From assembly GCF_009834535.1 (NCBI RefSeq), contig NC_045697.1, forward strand, positions 54,996,001-55,060,000: a stretch of DNA of 64,000 bases. The letters run 5' to 3'. The DNA comes from Camelus ferus (lineage: Eukaryota). Both the position numbers and the translations under genes were made by a program. Each line of letters opens with the position of its first letter. The first letter of the stretch is position 1. The notes under the pieces are model-generated. The model searched no databases, had not been told where the DNA came from, and was given only the letters and a program-made list of their open reading frames with translations. This document shows, one piece after another, positions 12,459 through 25,554 of the stretch.

Positions 12459-13476
12459 TGCTATGAACAACATCAATCTGTTTCATTGATGTGTTCAGAT
12501 AATTAGTTCTGGAGATCTATTTCTCAATTTGTTAATTTCTAGTCTTTAATAAATAATCTTTCCTTACTTTTCCTATGATTGTTGCATTGTTGCATCTTCT
12601 AACATACTGAATTTAATGCTTAGTTCAATTGTTCTTATTCTTTTTTTTTCTTTAAGTATAGAGCATGCAGCACTAGCTTTGGCTATAATTTTAGAGTTTG
12701 ATGTATAATCATTCTGTTATTAATTTTTCAATAGCCTGTAATTTTGTCCTTATTGTCTCTTTACCAAAGTATATAAAATTTTTTGACTGCCTGGCCTTTC
12801 AGAAAAATTATTTATCTGATATTAATATCACTTTGTGGTCAGAGTATACTCTCTAATATGAGTTCTTGTTAGGGATTTAATTTTCTTCAGCACCAGTTCT
12901 GCTTATTATTTTTCCCATTATAGGTGGTTTATATTCCTTTATTACATTTTTAACCTCCTTATCATCTTTTTATATTTTATCCATTTCCATTTTCTCTTCA
13001 TCTTATTGCCTTTTCAATATAGTAAGTTCTTTTCTCATGATTTTCTCTCTGATGTATAGTAGTTACATCTTGCAAAATCAGAAAGTAGTTATAGAAATTT
13101 TCTTCTAGTATGTAGTAGCTTTTTCAAAGATAAGTCTTTCTTCTAGGTCTTTTAAATGCTGTGTTTAAATAGAGAATTAAATGCCCAATTTTTGGTCAGT
13201 TCAGGGCTTGGGTTTCATGGTGAGTAGAAAGTTGCTGGGACAAATGAAGAATATTTTCTTACTCTCCTACTCTCAGGTGATCTTTTTCACTTAGGAAACT
13301 GTGGTAGTCCATAAACTGGAGAAAAACTTCTTTTATCAGATGCTTAAAAATAAATAACAGTCCTTCCTAAATTTTGATATTAGTCTTAATATAAGTTGTT
13401 GTTGAGAAAATTTGCCTTTCCTTGTTAGTGAAGCAGAAATATGAAATACTATGCCTCACAAAAAATTGACAACTTC

Positions 13477-13535
<59 letters not shown>
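13477..13535. repeat. (TAT)n trinucleotide microsatellite, ~19 units
   Basis: Uninterrupted tattattat... run. Confidence 0.97.
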
Positions 13536-16091
13536 GTTTGTCACAAAGATGACTCATGGTCAGTACCTTGCAAAGTGCTCAGTGTATGGCATGTCCTAAA
13601 TAAACATTTAATGAATAAATAATCCCTAACTGCAGAAAAATAAAGTAAAATACAAACATCGGCCTTGACTAGGAGGCTCATTCAATGAGTTGGAGAGTGA
13701 AGATTTGTTATTGTGAAATTTTAATAAAATAAGTATTGGAAATGTGACCAGAAGAATGAAACCATCATTATATGAGACCCTGAATTCTTTCCACTCTTCT
13801 CATAGGTGGTACTTTCAAAGCTTCTGCTGAGTTCTCGAGTATGCAGAGGCTTGACCTGAGTTTGAGGAAAGGTGCCGTAAGAAATATTTACTTCCCTTTA
13901 TTTTTATTTTTTTCCTTTCCTAGCAGAGCAGAAGATAGAGGAAAGAGAAATGGGAAGAGAAAATAAGAAAGGGGGATGGTCAGGCTTTATAGAATAATGA
14001 TGAAGTAGACATTTAAGATCAACATGATTTAATATTAAATTTCAATTCATATTTTGCATTTCTTCCATGCAAATACCTTTTAATCTGCAATACCTTTGTA
14101 CATGTGCTAGGCACTTGAAAGTTTTCTTTGAATTGTTCTTATGGAAACACAATAAAAGAATAGTGTTCCAAGTTTGGGTCAATGCTGGGATAGAGATAAA
14201 AGAGCGTGAACGAGCAGAGAATACAAGTTCAGCACAAAATGTAAGTCAGAGACAAAAAAGGGAACCAGAACTGACCAGGAATTCATGAACCTGACAAATT
14301 ATAGAAAGTTTATGGACAGCAATGTGCTCTCTGCAGCTCACAGAAGGTACAAATTTTATCTAGATCTTAAATTGGGAAGAAAACCACAGCTGATATCTAG
14401 ATTACACAACAGGAAAAAGGAAGAATTGTATGGCACACATAGTAAGTCAATTGGGAAAATAAAATGGACAAATAATTGGGAGTTTATGTAATAAAGTGAT
14501 GGGACCTTGACTGGAGCTTAAGTGGTGGACTGGTTAATAATAGGTGGCACAAAATTGCACTAAAAATAAATATGAATAACATAAAGACATCTCTAATTTC
14601 TATAGAAAATGTCACAATTCAGACAAATGAGTGATGTATTAAGTCTGAAATATATAATAAAGTGTAGACTTGATTTATGGACATTTAAAGTCAGTTGCTT
14701 CCTAGGGAGTATGATTTGAAGACTGTCAGAATCATTCTTGTCTTCCCATCATGGAGAAGTCAGGTTCCAATTAGAGATTAAAAATTATTATCGGGTCTCA
14801 TGAATAACATCTCTATCCCGTCTTTAGAACCATTTGAGAAACAGATGCATTAGTTAGAGACGTGGAGATCAGGGTAGGTCTTACTGATGGAATTGTGGCC
14901 CAGAATGAGGTAGGTGGACCTGGTACTACTCCTCATCTTGTTCCAGGCCTTAGAGGAAAACTCTGGGCCTAGGGAATAGGGACACATTGCTCTTCTACTT
15001 GCCTGGGGAGAGGAGGGCAGAGGTGCCTGAAATCCCTTGTGCTTAGGGCTTGTGATAGATTAGCTCAGCCAAGTTGAAAAATGTGGGATGATACCTATGA
15101 CCAGTCCCCCAGGTGTCACAGTCTACCGCATGGAGAGGAGCTGGGGACAGCTGGGGACAAGAAGTCAGGAGTATTTAGATAAAATCCTTTCTCATGGAAA
15201 ACTGAAAAGTCAAATAAACTCCCCAACTTCCACCCAAATAGTTTCTCCCCTTTGAACTCTGTATAACCCTTGCAGGGGTAAAACATGCAGTTACCATAAC
15301 TCAGTAATGCAGTGGTATCAATTACTTTATTAGTTTCTTTCCTGTGTGGTTCCTGATGCCACCCAGATGCACATCCTCACCAGGAACAGGGTACCCTTCT
15401 CTGCCTGGTTCTAAAACCACTGCTCTTGCTCCATGGATCTCCTTCTGTCTCGCTGCATGTGGTTCTCCTGACTCTTGTGGTGCCACCCGTGGGAGGATGG
15501 GAGGTGGGAGGAATCCTCCCATCCAGTTTATTTAACAACTAAAAAAATCTTTGGTAATCAGAGGAAAGAGAGAACATGAAGCCACTGGAGATGAATTTCT
15601 GACATGAAAAAGACATTGACAGAAAAAAAGGGAAACTGAAAGATGAGAGAGAGTCTGCTGAGAGCTCCCACTTAATAATTTTGCTTCAAGGCCAATTTTT
15701 ATGATGTTTAATTATTGTTATTTGAGATCCATATAGAAGGGAACTTCATAGGAAAAATTAAGAGGTAGGGTGATAAGGGAAATGTGAATATGTTTCACTT
15801 TAGGTATCAATTACTGTGAATAACAGACAGTCAACAATTGTGGAAAAAATGGTGTAGTATAAAGATGTGCATACTTAATACAGCCAATGGAAGCAGATAA
15901 CTATATTTGTTATTACTTTTTCTTCTTTAAAATCTAAGTAGGTTGAAAAGAGTCAGGAGCCTATTTATTTAAAAAGAATTCTGGAATAATACACTTTTGA
16001 ACTTCTTTCCTTCTAATGTCATTTAAATTATTATGCTGTAATGTGTTTGTGTTCTATGGTATTATTGCTGACTTGAGTGATAAGACACTCA

Positions 16092-16200
16092 TATAAATAA
16101 GGGAATGCAGTTAATTCAAGAGAGAGAGAAGGAAAAAAGGGAGGGGGAGAGAGAAAGGGAGTGGGAGAGAGGGTAGGAGGAAGTGGGGCGATATTTAGGG
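16092..16200 (+). promoter_or_regulatory. TATA-like box followed by polypurine/G-run tract (candidate core promoter or non-B DNA)
   Basis: TATAAATA at 16092-16099, then an almost pure purine tract ~16118-16188 with several GGG runs; function is inferred only. Confidence 0.25.
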
Positions 16201-17294
16201 AATCTGCTGAAAATGTTTCTTCTGTATGTGGCAGCCCTTTCTTTACCATACACACATACAGGCTGTCCTACATTTGAAACTCCATCTCCTCCCATTGGAG
16301 GATGGCTGGTATCTTTGTACAAGTAGCCATTTCATTTTAGTTGGGCATTAGCTTGAGCTGTCTGCTGCATGGGTTTCCCAGTGGTCTACGGCTATGACAG
16401 TGTTTGAAGTTATGCTTCAGGGTATCTTTAAAAACATTTTGCTTTTAATCTCCCTGTTTGTAGTTACCCTACTTTGCTCCTCATCCAAAAGCTGCTTGAA
16501 TATCCTGTGCACATCCTTTCTCCCACCGGTCCAACTCAGTAGATCAACAAAGCCATCCATATTTATTGAGCTTCCAGTTATGTGCAAGATGCAGAGAGGT
16601 GGCTATATTTATTGTTTCAATGCAGGTTGACTGGCTGCATTCCAGGGTCTCCTTGTTGGTAATTCTGACTTGCCATTTAATGATAAGTAGAACTTTTAGA
16701 TGTTGCTAATCAACTGTTCAAAAGCAAATGTTTCATCTAGAAGAGACATATCAAAATAATGGAAAATAATTAAATATAAGATTTTTTTCTGGAAAAAAAA
16801 GCAGGAAAGTATTTTTTTTTAATGAGGATCAGAATTACCAAAACCGTTTAAGATAAAGAAGAGAACTATAATTTTCTTAGACAGAAACATCCAGGAAGCT
16901 TTTCAAGATGAGTTCAGGGCTTTTGGTTAGGTGCTGTAAGCTTGGTTTTGGGATTTTTGCATTGAGAAACATAAATGAAATACTTCAGTCCCCTCACATT
17001 TCAAATTTCTCAAAACTTATATTAAAACTGGAGAGTTATGATGAGGCTTAGGATTAATATGCAAAAAGCACATTGTGATTATGATTTGAAATATAAAGAT
17101 AAAAACAAACATTAATTATATTTAAATGATCTACTATGAGGACATTGTCTCAAAATTTTGCGTGAGTTAGCTTTCTAGGGAACTACAGATTGATCAGTTA
17201 TTAAAATGTTTGGTATCATTTATTCATCTCATATTTCATCTATATGACATAGAGTTGAGATGGTAGGTATCAGAATATGACACACATGCATTGT

Positions 17295-17470
17295 TAACTG
17301 TCTCCAGTACTCTAATAGCAACCTTGGCAAAGACACTCCCAAGTTTCCGAATCTCAACTGTAAAATGGGGAATGATGATAACATCACCTCATTCAACTGT
17401 TTTGAAGATTGTATCAGATAAGTGCTTAATACAGTTCCTGACACGTACATGTTGGGTATTATCCCTATGG
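17295..17470 (+). mobile_element. MIR SINE
   Basis: accttggcaaagacactcccaagtttccgaatctcaactgtaaaatggggaatgatgataac...gataagtgcttaatacagttcctgacacgta. Confidence 0.7.
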
Positions 17471-17639
17471 TTATTATTCTTACCTTTTAAAAACTCACCA
17501 GAAAACAATGAAAGATATATAAATATATCATGCCAGCTAGCCAAAGTGAACAGATTTAAAAAATACTCTTCATTATAAAATGACTGATAAGATGAGAGTT
17601 AGACAATACCTGAAGTTAATAGTGACAACAAGAATGGTG

Positions 17640-17830
17640 CTGAAGAGGGAAGACTCCGCTCTTTGACTTTAGGAAGGCTGTTAAGCCTGGATTGCCTCAA
17701 TTTTCCATGTGATGCTATAACTGCAGTCTCCGCTTCATGGACTTATATGAGAATTTGGTGAGTTAATACATGTAAATCAGTTATAGGAAGCACAGTGTCT
17801 GACACTGTGTCAAAACATTTGTTATTCTCA
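17640..17830 (+). mobile_element. MIR SINE (diverged)
   Basis: tgactttaggaagg...gcctcaattttcc...gagaatttggtgagttaatacatgtaaa...gcacagtgtctgacac. Confidence 0.55.
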
Positions 17831-20800
17831 TTAGTATCATCATTGTCATTACTAGCATTATTATCACTAGGCTAAATCTTGGAAACTAGGTAGCTTATTC
17901 ATTTAAACCACTTGATAGGAGACTGCAGTGGAGGTGTTTGAAGTGTCACTCCTACCTCTCTTTCTATATTCTGAACCAATTCAAGGATGATCAGAGAAAA
18001 TGACCACAACATTAGCTTCATAACTAATAAAGCCTGCTTAAATCTGCAACCAAAATCAGGATTCCTTCTCTTTCCCCAATGGACTCAAATCTCCCCACCT
18101 TAAACTCCAGGTTTTTATCCTTTCTAAGCAGAGCCTCCCCTGATAGAATTATCAGTTGAAGCAGAGGAGAGAGTTTGTAGTCAGTTCTGGAGAGGGCACC
18201 CAGAGAGGTTTGAGCTACACCTTCCCAGAGCCTTTCTCTCAGTCTCATCTCTCAGATGAACCATGCATCTTCTCTAGAGAAAGGCTGAATGAGAGGATGG
18301 TGGTGGGGAGCTATATTTCCTCCAGTACTACTCCCTCCTGAGAAGGGCAATGTAAGTTTCCTCCCTCTATGAGATTGTGAGATGTAAGGGGATAAAGCCA
18401 CACCTATCAATCTGGACTGACACACTTTAGACCTCGCAAGCCCCACTCTTCCTGCTTTTTTCCTGGATCATTAAGTAAGACTGAAATTTCTTGCACTTGA
18501 GAATTTACTGTGTGGAAAATGGGACTTTGATGGACAGCACTTCACCATCTTGCAGCAGTGGTTTGGAGATTAAAGACGGTGACTGCCTTGGAGATGTTCC
18601 AAGAGCCTCACATAATAGGGCCATTATATTCAGGTATCATGAACTAGATAATAGGTCTTGGAGAATGCTAACAATTTTAATAGCTGGTTTGTTTTTCTTT
18701 AGCGATGATTCTTTCTGATTTTTTCCATTTTTAATCAGGCAGAAGTTACTTCCAATTTCCTTTGTTTGTGAGAAGTTTGTTTTCTCCCAAAAAATTGAGG
18801 CCTCTTTCAAGATGAGAAAAATATAGTCTTTAAGTTTTTCTTGACATTTATCCCAAAATAGCAATGTAGCTGAAATCAAGTGGGAACATTTAGAAAGCTA
18901 GAATGATAATTGCAAAAAAAAAAAAAGGGAGAGAGTGAAGCGGTTTTCAGCGCTTTTGTTAAAAAGTTTATACATGTCACACTATAATACATCTTATTTT
19001 TGAAATGCATGGAAAGTTGTCTCCAGTTTGATTTCTCAGATAGTGTGGCTGCCAATTCCTTCCGCAGCACTCTGCCACTTGGCTTGTTTCCAATGATGCC
19101 ATGTGTAGTTTTCCCTTGCCTCCTCCCTTTTCTAAATAGAGAGGAAAACAAGTCCATTCTGGCATTAGCTTACAAGCTATACAAGTGGCATTAAAATTCA
19201 AGATATGAATATCTTTATCTCAGAGGTCCAATTGCATTCACAATTCCTCAAGTTTCCATTTCGATGAATGTAACTTTATTGTTAAATGTGATAGTCTTAA
19301 AGTTTATAGAAGAATGTGATCTGAGTTCAAGCCAAAATTGGAGTGATTTTCGTTTATCAATTTTGAGCATATTATTTTAGTTTTTCTTGGATGTATTGAA
19401 AGTGAGTTGTTATTGCACTCTTCATTGACTTCTAGTTTATCAAATTCCCTTTCTTTTAAAAAATATCCACTTACCAGATGATCCTTATCTAGTGTATTTT
19501 ATAACAATTATTTACTGCTATGTGAAATTTAGAGAAGGAAATCAAGTTTTCTGTGCCTAGGTAGCATCCATATAAATATTTTGTCCAGTGAGCAGAGCAT
19601 CGATTACTTGTATTAGGAGACAATACTGTTCTGCATTTTTTTCTTCAAACCTTGTCATTTATTCTTTTGTGTTAGTGGGCAATCCATCCACTCTATCTGC
19701 ATGTCAATAGCTATATCCACATGTTGTGGATAGGATTATCAACCACCTGCTAACTCCTAGGGAAAATTAATGTGCTCTTATTTCAGATTTTTCCTTCTAA
19801 GGAACTTGAATTGATCTATACATATGCCATTGATCCTTACCAAATCTTGAAGAGGGAGTTGGCAGATGTCTTTATGTTACAGATGGTTCCTCAGGTGGCT
19901 CCCCTCTCTGTTCTGCACCTGGAAAGCTTGCAGTGGACACAGTGGATCTGTCACCAAGACAGGTGGCAGTGTCTAGAAACCTCCAGGGTTGGGGGAGTGC
20001 TTTGTGCACAGTGGGGACACATTTCCGTAGGTTTTGCAGTGCCTTTGTGACATCTGCCCTTATTTAATGGGCTGCAACCATTGATACACTCATTAATGCT
20101 CTTTATGGGAATAATTTGTTTCTTTGGGGCTTTAAGAAGGGGAGAAAAGAGTTAGACAAAACAGCTTCTATCCTTCTTGTCTCTCATTCCTTATCTATCT
20201 TCCTACAAGAGGTAAAGTCAAAGTGAGTGAACAAAATAAGCAGACATCCAGTCTTGAGAACTGCAGAATATAGAATAGGAGCTAATATGGTGAAGGTTTA
20301 GATCTGTAAGAAGTTAAAGCCCTTTTCATTTCAATACCTTCTCTATATTGAGTCCAGTATAAATTCAGATATTTATTGCATTGGTCTTAAGCACAGTAAG
20401 TGCATCGCCCATCTCCTTAAGCATAAAGATGTCACAATTCAGTCCACAGTAGCTGATCTAATAGGCAGATTATCAATAAGCATATTAGCTGAGTAGACTC
20501 ATCTTAGACAGTTCATATCAATGACTGGACAATCTTGCTGCCACTCGCTGAATAAGTTTATGGATGTTTTGGTTCCAAATTTTGGAAAATGAACCTCTCT
20601 GGATGCTAGAAAAGCTGGTCTGCCCCTGCGTGTTGCAGGTAGGAGACAGGCTGTCTGTAGATGTAAGTGAATTTGAGAAGCAGTGAAGTGGAAGGGACTC
20701 AAGGACTATACCAGCTTGCTGCTTGGAAACTGTCCAACACCATGTCAAAACAGTAGGAGCTCTCTGTGCACCTGCCCAAGCTGCACTTAAAATTAATGAT

Positions 20801-21585
20801 TATTTGTGAGAACAGACAAGGAGGAAAATCTACTTTGTTCACAAGTTTGTGGTGTGGATTAGCTTCATCGGTATCTGATGGCTGACTGCCACTGAGCTGA
20901 TCTTTTTTTGTACTTTCTGGCTCTTTCCTCAGAATGCCAGAAGCTCTTTGTTTAGCTAGTGCTTTATCTAATGCTGGCACAATCAATTCCACCTCATTCT
21001 CTCTCAGCACAATTGGCAGAACTCTGTTGTTTATAGGGAAGGTATTTCCCTCTAATTTAATATCTGAAATCTTTCTACATTACTTCCATTTTTTAAAAAA
21101 TCTCCCTTTGTTTCTTTCCTATGTTCTTCTCTTTTCTCTCTCTCTTCCTTCAAGCTATATAAAGACCTATCGTGTAACTGAATTTCTAACTTTTATTGTT
21201 CTTTACTCTTGGGGTCTTTTAACTTATTTTTCAAGGTAAACAAATTTTTAAATGTCTCATCCCAGTGTATTTCTCTTGCTTTAAAATGTACCAGTGAAAC
21301 GCTGATTTATGCATAAGCAGATTTATGCATACAGTTTGTTCATTGTTTAGCAATAAATGTCTACATTATATAATGAGGCTGGCGTACAGAATGTTTTAGT
21401 GGTACAAATTAAAGGCCCCATAGTAAGTACAAAGTTACCCATTATAATGTCCCATAAACATATTTTTATTACAAATCCAGTGGGAGTCCTGCTTATCATT
21501 GTCATCTTCATCATTGTGTTTATCTTCTGTGAGTACCTGCATGGTAAAGAAGATCAAATAATCATCTATCTTGGACCCTTTAGGG

Positions 21586-22062
21586 CAGTGGTCTCCAAAA
21601 GCCTTGGCTTGCAGTTTCCCATCAGTTAGAGGTTTTGAATATATATTTTATATATTAGATTATATATGTTTAAACTTTTGAAGTATATACCTTTATAAGT
21701 ATAAAGTATGTACTAATATATGATTACTCCTGTACCATAAAGCACGTTATGAAAAAAATATATATGCTGACATTTAAAAGCCTGCAGTGGAATGACTAGA
21801 AATGGAAGTTCTGATATTTTTCCTTGCACTCCAGTAGATTATATTCTGCATACCCAGAGGTGCATACTTTGGGAATGAGTAATTCCTACATCTGATTGAT
21901 CATTAAAAGAGCCTAGAGAAATTTAAAAAATTTATATGGCCTCACCCTCTCCCTGTACTTCTTCAATTAGAATCTCTAACTGAGATTGCAAGGTACTGTA
22001 CATGCATTTTGTAAACACTTCTCAGTCATTTCGATAATCTGCTACACGTGGGAGTCACTGCT
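21586..22062. mobile_element. hAT-Charlie/MER5-like DNA transposon remnants (probably two adjacent pieces)
   Basis: Begins cagtggtctccaaa (Charlie-type terminus); second part has MER5-like aattagaatctct...gcattttgtaaacacttctcagtcatttc and ends gggagtcactgctctag. Confidence 0.45.
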
Positions 22063-22174
22063 CTAGGGCAGATGTTTTTCAGAAGGGCCATGGTTTAGTG
22101 CATCAACATGAAATCCAGCTGGATGCAGTGAATAGAATTTTGGGATTCCCAAGAGACTTTTGACATTAACAAAG

Positions 22175-22592
22175 TGCTATGGGTTGAATTGGGTTACTCA
22201 GAAAGATATTGAATTCCTAATATCTGTGAATATGACCTTATTTAGAAATAGGATCTTTATGGGTGATCAAGTTAAGATGAGGTCATCAGTGTGGGCCCTA
22301 ATCAAGTATGACTGGTGTCTTCACAGAGGTAAATTAGGACACAGAAACAGACATGCACACAGGTAGAAGACCATGGGATGGTTGGAGTAATGCTGCTAGA
22401 ATCCAAGGCACTAGCAGAAGCCAGGAGAGGGGCTTGGAACACATGCTGCTCTAGTACCCACCAAAGGAGCATGGTCTGCTGTCACCTTGATCTTGGACTT
22501 TTAGCATCCAGAACTATGAGACAAAAAATTTTTGGTGTTTAAACCACCCAGTTTGTGGTACTTTTTTATGGTAGCACAGGGGAACGAATGCA
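22175..22592 (+). mobile_element. Solo MaLR LTR (MLT1B/C-like)
   Basis: TG...CA termini; tgctatgggttgaattg...tgtgaatatgaccttatttagaaatagg...gttaagatgaggtcat...caccttgatcttggactttagcatccagaactatgagaca...aaccacccagtttgtggtact. Confidence 0.85.
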
Positions 22593-25554
22593 CAGGGAAG
22601 AAAACCACGTACAATCAAGCCACCCAAAACAGTGAAAACCAACTAAGCCAAAAATGCCAAATCTCCTTAACCTTTGCTTTTTTTCTCTTCTTTTTGGCAT
22701 TTGTTTCCCATTGCCCATAGGGGAGTGTCTACTTTTAGAATGAATTGTGTAAGTATAAAATATTCTAATCTAATTGTGCTTTAACAGAACAAAGTTTAAT
22801 TTATATTTCAATATAAAAAGGTAAACATATACATTCTCAAAAACTTAAAAAGATATAAAACTGAAAAAAGAATATGAACAACTATGCCAGTACAACCTTT
22901 GTAAACATTTGGTATATTCCCATATGCTCTTTTTTCCCTCTATATATTTAAAAAATATATTTAAGAACTTAATAAAAGGTTTTTCATATGGATGGATAGA
23001 TTGAAAGTGATATCTGTATTTCCATACTTTTAAAAATAGTTATAGATCTTTGGTTAAATGGATGTATTTAACTATGGTCCTTGAGAATAACAGAAGATAA
23101 AATAAATCCATACGGGCAAAAGTAAATGAGAGGAAAGATGACAGCAGAAAGAGGTTCAACAAAATTACGTAAGAGAGAAAGCAAAGAACAAATGGTAACT
23201 GATCTGACAGGTCAGAAAAAGGGGAAATCTGCCTGCCTGCAGTGGAGGCTTAACAATGCTATGGGGTGAGTCATTTTTTCCGAAAACACTTTGAAATGCT
23301 CAGGAATTGGAGTCAGCAGGTACAACTAAAATTGGAGGAGAAACTTAAAACAGAAAGAGCTGTTGAAAATTCTTATGAGTTTCTTCCAGATCCCACTTAC
23401 AGGGAGTGTTTCTTTCATTTTTGTAAGGCACTGATTCTAACCAAATGAAATCTTGACTTAACTAAAGCAATTCATAATCAAAGCAATTGGATATCTTAGA
23501 AAATGCCAATAATTGTCTCTGATTCTAGTTCTGCCAGCCTTTAAAGATCTGATTTTTTCCTTCATCTGGTGGAACTTATTAATATTGCAAACAGTGATTT
23601 TCTAATAATTTTTTTCTCTTAGACATTAAAGGGTAGACACTGCAGGGACTAAAATTTCATTTTATTAGAAAGTTTTACAAAATATAAAATAATAAAAAAT
23701 ATTTTTATAGGATAAGACATGTGTCAAAACACTGAAATGTTCTTCTCAGAATGATGAATGCAAAGTACAATATGAACTTTGTATGTGAACTAGGTAAAGT
23801 TAATTCTGTCCTAGAAATAACATCATTTCTATTACCTTTCTTTAGAATAACTCTTTTAGATAAATAATGAACCATTAAACAAAGGATGCTTGCTCATATG
23901 TGCATAGTTATCCTAATGTCAGTGTTTGCCAATAATTCAAATATAGATAATAATCAGTTGATTTTTGTCAGATTCCATTCAACATAAAGATATTCCTTGG
24001 AAGAGGAATGTTTTGGTCATTATGATTTTAATTATGTGTTAATATCATTAATTCACAAATTTTGGGTGAACTTTACTTGGGGTGAAACTATTCTAGTTTG
24101 TATCACCTGATACTACAGTGATGAGGTACTTTGTTATGGTAGCGCAGTACTACCCATCATATAGAAGGATATAACTAGTACCCTGATAATGGTTACTTAC
24201 TTAAGTTATAAAAAAGTTTGGATTGAGATTTTTAAAAATGCATATACATGATGTAGTATATCCAAAGTTCAATTACTTCTTAAAGTAATTAGGGACTCCA
24301 TAAATTCTGAAATTAATAAATATTTTTAGCATCAAGTATGTTCAGTATTTTTCTAAGAGCTTTTAGGTGCCTAGGAAGTTGCAATATAATGTAAAATAGC
24401 TATTAAGTGGTGAATAAAAAACCAACTAACACTCTAAACTTGCTTTCAAATAATTCAATTCAAAAAGAATGGATGATCTTATATTTTCCCTGTAGTCTTA
24501 ATGGTCTTTTAGAGCAGGACCTGAAGCTGCTGAACTATTTAACTGTTTAGTATTGGGGTTATGAGAAGGAACTGAAGTGGGAGAAGATGAAGCGTAGATG
24601 CTTCTGTTATGGTCTGTATGGGTTATGCATTCTTGAGATAACTTAAATTGTTGGAGATGTCACAGTATGACATTGGAAGCTGCCTAGAGGAAATACCTAT
24701 TACAAAAAATAACAATTCATCTTTTCCTTGGAAATATTGGTTCCTATTTCTTTTTGGTTTTTTTTTTTAATTTTTTTTTTATTTTGCTAAAAATGATCAA
24801 GTAAGTCTGCTTGGATTAATTCTGCATTGCTATGCTTCCCTTTCACCCCTCTGATGCAGCATACAGGGTCCTTTAATGGGTAACTAATTCCTGGCAAAAA
24901 GTCATTGTTGGTACCATTCTTAGTTTGAGATACTCTGCAAACCTGTGATTTCCCTCCTCTTTTCTTTCTTGCCAATCAGCTAGATAAAATGAGTATATGA
25001 TTGTGATAGAATTCCATCAGGTTTGTAGCTTTTTAGAATAAATGCGCTGATACAGATCTTATTTTATTGGAGAAAGCAAAATAATTTCATTGTTTTCTTC
25101 TATAGAGAATGCACTAAAGAACATACATAGTCCTGCTTATTAGATTCTTAAGGTATTTTAAGTGGGTTATTTGAAAAGCACAATATAAGAAAATGATCAG
25201 ATATTAGATTGGAACCAAACTTTGTATTTGAGTGTAGCTTGTGCATATTTTATAGCTTCAATGAACTAAATTTATTAGAGGAAGAATAAATGGTTAAAAG
25301 GAGCTGTTTAAACCTCCTCAAAGCCAATTGCCCTGAACTTTTTCACTAAGTGCGTCATTCATCATTAATATTGATGAGTAAAAAGGGTAGAAAATTGTTC
25401 TGTTAGTGACAACACTGAGTGGATATTTCTGAGGGAGAAGATAAAAGCAATTATTTAGCAATGAGAATCGAAGATGACATTAATCCATAAACACATTCAA
25501 ACAAAGGGAGAGAATAGGTTTCTAAATATTGAAAATTCATTTAAAAATATTTCG

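Noticed and set aside
12110..12476. 118-aa and 62-aa ORFs
   Set aside because: Low-complexity translations of old L1 and (CT)/(CTGT) repeats.
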